64,000 nt of DNA from positions 129,449-193,448 of the forward strand of contig CP065013.1 of NCBI GenBank assembly GCA_016700315.1, in the 5' to 3' direction. Below, piece by piece: positions 44,701 through 52,498 of this stretch. The position numbers and the translations under genes are program-made. Positions within the stretch are counted from its first letter, which is position 1. The number at the start of each line of letters is the position of its first letter. Below the pieces are notes generated by a model. That model was not told where the DNA came from. It saw only the letters and a list, made by a program, of their open reading frames with translations, and made no database searches. This DNA comes from Candidatus Saccharimonadota bacterium. GTDB taxonomy: Bacteria; Patescibacteriota; Saccharimonadia; Saccharimonadales; SZUA-47.

Positions 44701-44785
44701 AAATAATAAAACCACTCGCTTTCGCTAGATCCGCGCTTGCGGAGGTACCATCTAGCTTCCAGTTGTGGCTCTTGATTACAGTCAT
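41741..44785 (-). CDS. ileS: Isoleucyl-tRNA synthetase, type 2 (eukaryote/archaea-like)
   Basis: [53 protein letters not shown] (HIGH region) and KMSKS present. The likely true start is the TTG at 44683 ([18 protein letters not shown]), 9 nt after AAGGAG. The upstream 34 codons of the track ORF overlap the leader RNA element. Confidence 0.9.
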   Translation of the reverse strand: [1014 protein letters not shown]

Positions 44786-44902
44786 AACGCTGACTTCATA
44801 TAGCGTCGAGGTCTACTCTAGTTAAATCCTATTTCTTCTCGATGCGGTTTTCATAGCTGATAACTACTACTTCGCAACTCCCAAATTGTAAACTCATTAT
44901 AC
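44684..44902 (-). promoter_or_regulatory. ileS leader: candidate T-box riboswitch (Ile) with TATAAT -10 box at 44896-44901
   Basis: At 44724-44756 (minus) the sequence GCUAGA-UGGUACC-UCCGC-AAGC-GCGGA-UCUAGC forms helix A1, a 7-nt bulge identical to the T-box consensus UGGUACC, helix A2 and a loop. At 44841-44878 there is a short stem with an AGUA/GAA internal loop and a UUAUCAG loop (AUC then A). A U-rich tract and the SD follow downstream. Confidence 0.55.
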
Positions 44903-44930
44903 TCTAACTTATGGCTCGAGGCCAGTCACA

Positions 44931-45215
44931 CTACATCATAGCGTAGGAAATAACTTCGTCCACTAGCGGCAACGGTTCGCCCTGCCAAATCTGAGCAAGT
45001 TGACCGTCGTTTCTAGTCACCAAAATCGCCGGATAAGCCATTGCATCGTATAAGCTAGCAGTGGCTGCTCCGTCACGAGTATTTAGATCCAGCTCGTTAG
45101 TGTCGGCCATAGAGTAACGCTGTTTCAGTTCTCTGATGTAACCAGACACCCGAGTACTGTCCTGCCCATTGAACCTATACAGAAAATACACCTTCATGCT
45201 TATGATTATACACAA
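44931..45215 (-). CDS. Small hypothetical protein (~88 aa; thioredoxin-fold-like pattern without CxxC)
   Basis: The track start at 45215 is a GTG inside the -10 box. The ATG at 45197 (MKVYFLYRF...) lies 7 nt after TATAAT. Confidence 0.5.
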   Translation of the reverse strand: MCIIISMKVYFLYRFNGQDSTRVSGYIRELKQRYSMADTNELDLNTRDGAATASLYDAMAYPAILVTRNDGQLAQIWQGEPLPLVDEVISYAMM

Positions 45216-45233
45216 AGCTCTACCATGTGTTAA
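45205..45233 (-). promoter_or_regulatory. Sigma70-type promoter giving a leaderless mRNA
   Basis: -35 TTAACA (45228-45233), 17-nt spacer ending TGTG, -10 TATAAT (45205-45210), and the ATG 7 nt downstream. Confidence 0.55.
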
Positions 45234-45613
45234 TAAAACGCGGGCCTCAACTATATTTAGGGTAATTTACAAATGATAGGCGCCAGCTGATTAGGATATT
45301 TTTGGATGAAGGGCTTAGGAGCGTAAATGAAACGTATTTATTAGATACGTTAAGCGCACATTGTAGCGCAAAGGCCTAGGCTAAAATTTAGAGATAAGAT
45401 GCAAGGAAGGCGCGAAGCACGCAAAGAGGACGTATTAAACATACGTCCTCTGCGTACTGGAGCATCCGAAAGAGCAGGTTGCGATAGTCATAGAGCACCC
45501 TAGGAGTGCATGATTGCGAGCTATTGCTAGGAAGGAGTGAGAAACGGAGATAGGCGTACTTTTTGGTACACCTATCGAGTATCGCAGCTCATGACAACGC
45601 AGTGGCCGCAAGA

Positions 45614-45656
45614 GCATTAGCAGAGTTTTTGGCTCTGCCAAAAAGCAGGCTAATGC
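45614..45656 (-). terminator. Strong nested hairpin 3' of nrdJ (possible terminator, weak U tract)
   Basis: GCAUUAGC..UUUUUGGC-aga-GCCAAAAA..GCUAAUGC starts 12 nt after the nrdJ TAG stop. Confidence 0.35.
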
Positions 45657-45667
45657 GTCATGTGCTT

Positions 45668-48451
45668 CTAGGAGCAGCCGGTGGTCGAGCCACAGGAGGT
45701 ACAAACATAGCAACTCCCCGCCTTCTGCGTCTGATTACCACAGTTAAAGCACATTGGCGCATTGTCGCTTTTGCTAGCCTTCTTGATTGTTTCGTGACCC
45801 TGAAGGGTAACGTGGGCATCAACGACTTGCTCGACTACTGGGATTTCTGGAGCCGGCTTGGCTTGATCAGCAAGCTCTTCTACGGGCAGTGCTGTTTGTT
45901 CTGCTGGCATATCGTCAAATGAGGCAAGCCCTAGCTCGAGCTGATCATCGAAGCTCATGTAGTCTTTAGCGATACGTCGAAACATGTAATCGGTGATGGA
46001 GCTAGCAGTTCTGAGCTCTGGGTCATCGGTAATGCCACTTGGAGCAAAGCTAGTACCTCTAAAACTCTTAACATAGCGTTTGAGTGGTACACCGTACTGT
46101 AAGCCCTGACTTACACTGACGGCAAATGAGTCCATCAAGCCAGACAGGGTTGAGCCTTGCTTGCTGACGTTGACAAAAAGTTCGCCAGGAGTACCATCCT
46201 CATACTCACCAACGGTGAAGTAGCCCTCGAGATCGGCAATCTCAAAGCGGTAAGTTCGGCTCTTGCGCACTTTTGGCAGTAAGCGACGAGGTTTGACGGT
46301 CGTAGCTGGCTCTTGCGTAGCAGCGGCAACAGGAGAATTATTTTCTTTATCGCCGTCTTTTTTCATCATCGATAGCGGCTGACCAACCTTACAGTTGTCT
46401 CGATAGATGGCAACTGCTTTAAGACCCAGTTTCCAGGAATCCATGTGAAGCTGTTCGATATCTTCGACCGTGGCACTTTCTGGCATGTTGACGGTTTTGC
46501 TGATAGCGCCTGATATAAACGGCTGGACAGCACTCATCATCTTGACGTGGCCAAGGTAGTGAATTGGGTTGTCGCCCATCGAACATGAGAATACATTAGT
46601 GTGCTCAGGCTTCAGATGCGGAGCCCCTGAAATGGTTTTCTCGCTATCGATGTGAGCAACTATATCGTCGATTTGCTGTTTGGTGTAGCCCATGGTTTTC
46701 AGCGCGCGAGGCACTGTTTGGTTGACAATAGTCATGCTACCGCCGCCAACTAGCTTCTTGTATTTGACCAGGCCGAGATCAGGCTCGATGCCGGTTGTGT
46801 CACAGTCCATCATCAGTCCAATGGTGCCAGTTGGAGCTAGAACGCTAGCTTGTGAGTTACGAACACCATACTTTTCGCTCAATTCTACGGCGTCATCCCA
46901 GGCAGTTTGAGCGGCGTTTAGAAGTTCCTCAGAAACTAGACTAGCATCGATATCGTTAACCGCCGCGCGGTGCATGCCAATAACCTTGAGCATGCCGTCT
47001 CGATCTTTGTGGAAGCCTGCAAAGGGACCAACTTTGTGCGCCAATCTTGCACTCGTTGCATAAGACTCGCCCGTAAGTAGAGCCGTGATAGCAGCAGCCT
47101 GAGCACGGCCTTCGTCACTGTCATAGGGCAAACCTTGGGCCATAAGAGTCGCACCAAGATTGGCGTAGCCGATACCTAGCTCTCGGTATGCCCGCGCATT
47201 TTTGGCAATACTATCTGTTGGATACTCAGAGTAGCCAACCAAAATTTCTTGAGCGGTAAAAATGATATCAACAGTGTGACGAAAAGCGTCAACATCGAAA
47301 CTACCATCGTTATTTAGATATTTCAGCAGGTTGATACTGGCTAGGTTACAAGCCGAATTGTCTAAATGCATGTACTCACTACACGGGTTGCTACCGTTGA
47401 TACGGCCGGCGTTTGGACAAGTATGCCACTTGTTAATTGTGGTATCAAACTGCAATCCAGGATCTGCACACTCCCAAGCTGCTTCGGCAATCTGGCGCCA
47501 CAGGTCGCGAGCTTTAACCGTCTTGATAGTCTTGCCGGTTTTTACTCCGACAAGATTCCAGTCTTGATCGGCTTCGACAGCCTTCATGAAATCGTCTGAT
47601 ACACGAACTGAGTTGTTAGCGTTCTGGTACTGCACAGAGAAAGAATCTTTGCCGTCCAGGTTCATATCGAAGCCGTTTTGTTGCAAGACGCGTGCCTTAC
47701 GCTCCTCGATTGCCTTACACCAGATAAACTCTTCAACATCCGGATGATCAACGTTTAAGATGACCATTTTAGCGGCGCGGCGGGTCTTGCCACCACTCTT
47801 AATCGCACCAGCAGAGGCGTCTGCCCCACGCATGAAACTTAGTGGACCACTGGCCGTACCGGCACTTTTACCTAGCGGCTCTTTGGATGAACGAATACCG
47901 CTGAGGTTAATCCCAGAACCAGAACCACCCTTGAAAATCATACCCTCTTCGCGGTACCAGTTAAGAATACTACCCATGGTATCCTCGATTCCAAGGATAA
48001 AACAAGCGCTGGCCTGTTGAGAACGCTCTGGGGCGCCAATATTGAACCAGACCGGAGAGTTGAAGGCGGCGCGCTGAGTAGCCAAGATGTACTTAAGCTC
48101 TTCCTTGAATGTCTCAGCCTCGGACTCGGTGTCAAAATAGCCTTCCTGCAAACCTTGGCGAGTAATTGTATCAGCTACACGATCAATCAGATGCTTAAGC
48201 GAGCTTTCGCGCTCAGCCGTTCCGGGTGTACCAGTAAAATACTTCTGCGCAACAATGTTGATAGCATTGAGCGACCAATCTTCTGGAAAATCTACACCAA
48301 GCTGCTCGAAAACTGGCTTGCCTGTCATAGGATTTTTAATAACTGAGTCACGCTTGACCCAAGTCAACTGGTCGTACGCTCTTGTCTTTGGCTTTGTAAA
48401 CCGCCGACCGATACCTAAAGTTGTTAATTCGCTCATCTTTTTACCCTCCAC
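45668..48451 (-). CDS. nrdJ: Ribonucleotide reductase, class II (adenosylcobalamin-dependent)
   Basis: 927 aa. GSNPCSEYMHLDNSACNLASINL, a C-terminal Cys cluster CFNCGNQTQKAGSCYVCTSCGS, and a GGAGGG SD. Lies downstream of nrdR. Confidence 0.9.
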   Translation of the reverse strand: MEGKKMSELTTLGIGRRFTKPKTRAYDQLTWVKRDSVIKNPMTGKPVFEQLGVDFPEDWSLNAINIVAQKYFTGTPGTAERESSLKHLIDRVADTITRQGLQEGYFDTESEAETFKEELKYILATQRAAFNSPVWFNIGAPERSQQASACFILGIEDTMGSILNWYREEGMIFKGGSGSGINLSGIRSSKEPLGKSAGTASGPLSFMRGADASAGAIKSGGKTRRAAKMVILNVDHPDVEEFIWCKAIEERKARVLQQNGFDMNLDGKDSFSVQYQNANNSVRVSDDFMKAVEADQDWNLVGVKTGKTIKTVKARDLWRQIAEAAWECADPGLQFDTTINKWHTCPNAGRINGSNPCSEYMHLDNSACNLASINLLKYLNNDGSFDVDAFRHTVDIIFTAQEILVGYSEYPTDSIAKNARAYRELGIGYANLGATLMAQGLPYDSDEGRAQAAAITALLTGESYATSARLAHKVGPFAGFHKDRDGMLKVIGMHRAAVNDIDASLVSEELLNAAQTAWDDAVELSEKYGVRNSQASVLAPTGTIGLMMDCDTTGIEPDLGLVKYKKLVGGGSMTIVNQTVPRALKTMGYTKQQIDDIVAHIDSEKTISGAPHLKPEHTNVFSCSMGDNPIHYLGHVKMMSAVQPFISGAISKTVNMPESATVEDIEQLHMDSWKLGLKAVAIYRDNCKVGQPLSMMKKDGDKENNSPVAAATQEPATTVKPRRLLPKVRKSRTYRFEIADLEGYFTVGEYEDGTPGELFVNVSKQGSTLSGLMDSFAVSVSQGLQYGVPLKRYVKSFRGTSFAPSGITDDPELRTASSITDYMFRRIAKDYMSFDDQLELGLASFDDMPAEQTALPVEELADQAKPAPEIPVVEQVVDAHVTLQGHETIKKASKSDNAPMCFNCGNQTQKAGSCYVCTSCGSTTGCS

Positions 48452-48621
48452 ACCTTAGCCTTGCAGGAATCTTCCGACAAAAGTTACAGCGTATTTTTAG
48501 TTTTTAATTTTGGATTACGGTTTTGCCTTGCAGTATAAGGGGTCTCTCCATTCCCTTACACTGTCAGCCAACCCGCTCCCGGAAGCCTTAGTTTTTTAAG
48601 ACTAAGACTTCAGGCAACAGA

Positions 48622-49101
48622 TTAGTCAGGAGATATTAACTTTTGTTTTTTGCGTTGGCGCATCTCCGACAACTCGCGTTCGAAGCTAGCAATGTCTTTG
48701 AAGCGTTTGTAAACGCTTGCGAAGCGTACATAGGCAACTTCGTTGAGGTTAGAAAGTTCGTCCATTACTTCGTCGCCGATTTTGCTAGAGCCAACCTCAC
48801 CATCGCCGCAAGCCAATAAGTTAGTTTCTACCCGATCAACTAGCTTCTCCAGCTCTAGGCTAGTAACAGGGGTCTTTTCGGTCGCGCGGTACAGCCCAGC
48901 TAACAGTTTTTGTCGATTAAAAAGCTCACGTGTACCGTCCTTTTTGACGACTATAAGCTGCGGTTTCTCGATTCGCTCGTAACTGGTAAAACGATGCGAG
49001 CACTTTGCGCATTCACGACGGCGTCGAATCGACGCGCCTTCGGCAACGTCTCGCGACTCGATTACTTTTGTTTCTTCGTGTTGGCACTGAGTGCACTTCA
49101 T
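48622..49101 (-). CDS. nrdR: Transcriptional repressor NrdR (zinc ribbon plus ATP-cone)
   Basis: MKCTQCQHEETKVIESRDVAEGASIRRRRECAKCSHRFTSYERIE followed by an ATP-cone-like region. Confidence 0.9.
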   Translation of the reverse strand: MKCTQCQHEETKVIESRDVAEGASIRRRRECAKCSHRFTSYERIEKPQLIVVKKDGTRELFNRQKLLAGLYRATEKTPVTSLELEKLVDRVETNLLACGDGEVGSSKIGDEVMDELSNLNEVAYVRFASVYKRFKDIASFERELSEMRQRKKQKLISPD

Positions 49102-49168
49102 TTTAACCCTTTGTTGATCGCCTTTTCAGGCTGGATCTAACTTATCTTTATTTTATCTGTAAGGTACC

Positions 49169-49184
49169 TCACCATATATAGTGT
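49169..49184 (-). promoter_or_regulatory. NrdR box upstream of nrdR-nrdJ
   Basis: The minus strand reads ACACTATATATGGTGA against the published consensus acaCwAtATaTwgtgt, with 2 mismatches. It lies just downstream of a candidate promoter (-35 TTGCTA 49220-49225, -10 TACTAT 49196-49201, 18-nt spacer). Confidence 0.55.
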
Positions 49185-49259
49185 TCGTGCTTATAATAGT
49201 ACCCCCACTAGTAGTGGCATAGCAAGTAAATTATGCTGTGTTTTTTATGACAATGATAG

Positions 49260-50636
49260 CTATTTTTTATCTGTTAGATCAGAATCTTTGCTGTCAGCAT
49301 CATCTTTGTTGTGTCGTAGTTTGGTTAGTCGCCTAAGGAATGAGGGCTTCTCCAGTTCTGCTTCTTCAGATTTCTCACTGTCAAAACTACCTGAACTAGG
49401 CTGGAGATCATGGTTATCAGAGTCCATAGTCCAAATATTGCCGCTTGGCTCCTCGGCAGTTGTCGAAGACAGGGATCCTAATTGAGAGGATTCGTCTGGT
49501 TTTTTGTCTAGCTCGAGGTCCAAAGAACGAATCTCGTGCATATCTATGTCGTCTTCGAGATCAGTCATTTGCGGCGTTCCGTCCACTTCAGAATTAGAAG
49601 CACTTACAGACGACACCGAAGTATCTTCAGACACCTGCATAGTCGCAGAAGCTCTGGCAACTGGTTGACGGTTAGCGAAGTAAGAGCTATCAAAACCAGT
49701 TGCTACAACAGTCACAATGACTTCACCCTCAAGCTCAGGGTTGATTGTCGCTCCAAAAATAATATTGGCATCTGGATCAGCTGCAGCAGTAATAGTCTCG
49801 GCAGCCATGTTGATCTCATGCATAGCCATATCATTACCACATATAACGTTGAACAATATACCTCGAGCTCCGTCGATAGATACTTCTAGTAGAGGCGACT
49901 CAATCGCTTGCTTTGCGGCCTCGATAGCTCGATTCTCGCCACTAGCGCGACCAATACCCATTAGTGCCGTACCCGCGTTGCTCATAACTGTCTTAACATC
50001 CGCGAAGTCTAGGTTGATCAGCCCATGCACAGTGATTAAATCAGAGATTCCTTGAATACCTTGCCTTAGCACGTCGTCTGCAACCTTAAATGCTTCAAGT
50101 AGTGGCGTAGTGCGATCAATTGTCTGTAGTAAGCGGTCGTTTGGTATTACGATAAGTGTATCAACGGCTGATCTTAGTTTTTCAATGGCTGTGTCGGCAT
50201 TACGACGACGCTTTTCGCCTTCAAAAGCAAATGGCTTAGTAGCAAAACCAACTACTAGCGCACCCGCATCACGAGCTGCTTGTGCAACAATATGTCCTGC
50301 CCCAGAACCGGTACCGCCGCCAGCACCAATAGTAATAAAAACCATATCCGTGCCTTCGACGACTTTGCGAATTTCGTCCATAGATTCAACGGCTGCCTTC
50401 TCACCCATAGTTGGATCGGCGCCCGCACCTAGACCTCGAGTAGTCTCTTTACCGATATGGATTTTTGTTTGCGCTTTAGAGTGATGTAGTGCCTGCGCAT
50501 CAGTATTGATAGCTACGAACTCAACATTTTCTACTCCAGCTTCAATCATACGATTAACCGCTGCACCACCAGCCCCACCTACACCGATGGCTTTAATCTT
50601 TGCTACTGTTTCAATCGCCGGACTTACTTGTGGCAT
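49260..50636 (-). CDS. ftsZ: Cell division protein FtsZ
   Basis: [24 protein letters not shown] and NLDFADV. GAGGG SD. Long acidic/Ser-rich linker, then KPSFLRRL. Confidence 0.95.
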   Translation of the reverse strand: MPQVSPAIETVAKIKAIGVGGAGGAAVNRMIEAGVENVEFVAINTDAQALHHSKAQTKIHIGKETTRGLGAGADPTMGEKAAVESMDEIRKVVEGTDMVFITIGAGGGTGSGAGHIVAQAARDAGALVVGFATKPFAFEGEKRRRNADTAIEKLRSAVDTLIVIPNDRLLQTIDRTTPLLEAFKVADDVLRQGIQGISDLITVHGLINLDFADVKTVMSNAGTALMGIGRASGENRAIEAAKQAIESPLLEVSIDGARGILFNVICGNDMAMHEINMAAETITAAADPDANIIFGATINPELEGEVIVTVVATGFDSSYFANRQPVARASATMQVSEDTSVSSVSASNSEVDGTPQMTDLEDDIDMHEIRSLDLELDKKPDESSQLGSLSSTTAEEPSGNIWTMDSDNHDLQPSSGSFDSEKSEEAELEKPSFLRRLTKLRHNKDDADSKDSDLTDKK

Positions 50637-51211
50637 ATGTTTTCCCTCTTAATCTATACCAACAGTATAGCGAACCTAAATGTTACTCGCAAGAAAACTT
50701 GACTTTTTTTGACCTGTGTAAAAACATGCCAATTTTGTGTTCACTATAAAATTTTGAGCGATTTTAGTGCATTATTTTTGTTCAATAGTTCGAGAAAAGA
50801 ATCAAACAGTCTACAGACCTTCTTAGATTCGTATTTAGGTGCCAGCCTACAGCTGGCTGCCCTAACTACTTTTCTATATCGATAGAAAAGTAGTCAAAAG
50901 AACGACCCCTGGCTTCAGTCTCGTTACTGTCTCGTAGTCAAAAAAGACAATGCTCTGACAACTTGCCAATGATTACATTGGCTTCAAACACGTCACTCGC
51001 TCTAATTGTCGTTTTGACACTCACCAGTCAGGAGCCTAAAGAAGGGGGGTCTAGCTACAAGCTTCGATAATAAAGTAGGACAAATAACCAGCAAGTAATA
51101 ATTAGTGACCTATTCGGTACTAAGCAATACCGCTAAGGGTAGTCATAATACAGTCAATATAAGTTTTGCATTAGCTTATTTGTCAATAGTTATTCCGGAC
51201 TTTTGGTTATT

Positions 51212-52465
51212 TTAACTTTTTTTGGCAAATCGTTTGAGGACAGACTTAAGGCTTCCAATGTTGCTTTGGTTAGACTGTTCATTGGCATGGTCTTCTGATC
51301 CAGCGAGAAGCATGTCTAATAGTACTAGGCCAATTGCCGTGGTGTATGAGTTATCACCAGAAACATCAGCTAAACCGCCAACGCCTCTAACCACGCCAAC
51401 CCTTGAGGAAAGTTGAAGTTTCTCTCGCGCTAGCTCCTCTATACCTGGGATTTTTGACGTCCCGCCAGTAATAACTATGCCCCCTGGAAGTTTGCGTGAT
51501 TTATGTATAGTCTTAAGCTCTCTGTCTACTAATTCAAAAAGTTCTTCAACACGGGCTTCGACGATCATTTTTACTTCATCGCCCTTGAAGGTATGCTGCT
51601 TACCGCCTGATTGGATAGCCGCTATAGCTTTAACGGGATGTGACCCAAGAGAAACGAACTCAAGCTTAACCCTTTCGGCAATGTCTAAATCAGTCTTGAG
51701 ACCAATTGCTAGGTCGTTGGTAATATTGTTCCCCCCGATTGGTAGCACAGCTACGTGTTGGACTTCACCTTCTTCAATCACAACAATATTTGAAGTCCCA
51801 GCGCCAATATCCAGTAACAGTGTCCCGGCCTCTTTCTGCTGACGAGTCATTGTGGCCTCAGCACTAGCGAGCGATGAAACCGTCTTGTGCGCAGGCTCGA
51901 CGCCGGCAGAATGTAGTGCGGTCTCGGCACTCCTGACGCTTGGTGTACTGGCAGTAACAATATGAGCGTCAACTTCTAGGCGCACACCGCGCATTCCGAC
52001 AGGATTTTTAATATTCTCTTGGCCATCAAGTCTGTAGCTTTTTGGGAAAACCTGGATTATTTCGCGGTTGGCCGGCATCTGCATGATTGTCGCCGCGTCT
52101 TCAACGCGTGCTTGGTCTTCGGCTGTTATTTCACGGTTGGCAGCGCTGATGGCTATAACTCCTTTTGAGTCGCTGCCGGTAACATGTGAGCCATTAATGT
52201 TGACGGTTGCATGACGAATAGTACGCCCAGAATGCCGAGCTGCTTCCTCAACAGCTACAGAAATTGCGTGCGACACTTCATCCGGGAGCACAACAACGCC
52301 CTTACGCATTCCGCCGTTGGGTGCGCTTCCGAAACCGATAATCTCTGGTTCGCCTGCCTGATTTATGGCACCGACGACACAGCGAACAGTGCTAGTTCCA
52401 ATATCTATGCCGCAAAAATGTGGCAAATCATTTGATTGCATGACAATAGTATAACGCTTACGCAA
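51212..52465 (-). CDS. ftsA: Cell division protein FtsA
   Basis: Actin-fold motifs GIDIGTS, DIGAGTS and ITGGTSKIPG. The track start is TTG. The ATG at 52441 (MQSNDLPHFCGIDIGTS) lies 6 nt after TATACT and is more plausible. Confidence 0.9.
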   Translation of the reverse strand: MRKRYTIVMQSNDLPHFCGIDIGTSTVRCVVGAINQAGEPEIIGFGSAPNGGMRKGVVVLPDEVSHAISVAVEEAARHSGRTIRHATVNINGSHVTGSDSKGVIAISAANREITAEDQARVEDAATIMQMPANREIIQVFPKSYRLDGQENIKNPVGMRGVRLEVDAHIVTASTPSVRSAETALHSAGVEPAHKTVSSLASAEATMTRQQKEAGTLLLDIGAGTSNIVVIEEGEVQHVAVLPIGGNNITNDLAIGLKTDLDIAERVKLEFVSLGSHPVKAIAAIQSGGKQHTFKGDEVKMIVEARVEELFELVDRELKTIHKSRKLPGGIVITGGTSKIPGIEELAREKLQLSSRVGVVRGVGGLADVSGDNSYTTAIGLVLLDMLLAGSEDHANEQSNQSNIGSLKSVLKRFAKKS

Positions 52466-52498
52466 ATTTTGTGCCAGAAATGCTTTGAACGCTTTGCT

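Noticed and set aside
45435-45922. ORFs 45435-45713 (-) and 45563-45922 (+)
   Set aside because: They overlap the 3' end of nrdJ and its hairpin-rich trailer. Their composition is odd and they have no start context. They are probably spurious.
48452-48621. Cobalamin riboswitch or a second NrdR box in the nrdR-nrdJ spacer; also a 9-bp direct repeat GCCTTGCAG at 48458 and 48525
   Set aside because: I could find no B12-box-like sequence or CACwAtATaTwGTG palindrome. The 9-mer repeat alone is within chance expectation for a first look. I have left it as unexplained.
49205-49217. CCACTAGTAGTGG as the partner NrdR box
   Set aside because: The CAC...GTG arms are 11 nt apart rather than 14, the interior is not A/T-alternating, and the centre-to-centre distance to the good box is ~34 bp rather than ~31-32.
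51195-51203. AAAGTCCGG (minus strand), which matches the CR-I core of RNase P RNA
   Set aside because: It is only a 9-mer. The flanking sequence lacks the other conserved RNase P blocks (GGGTGAAAGGGTGCGGTAAGAGCGCACC-like and ACAGAACCCGGCTTA-like). I judge it a chance match.
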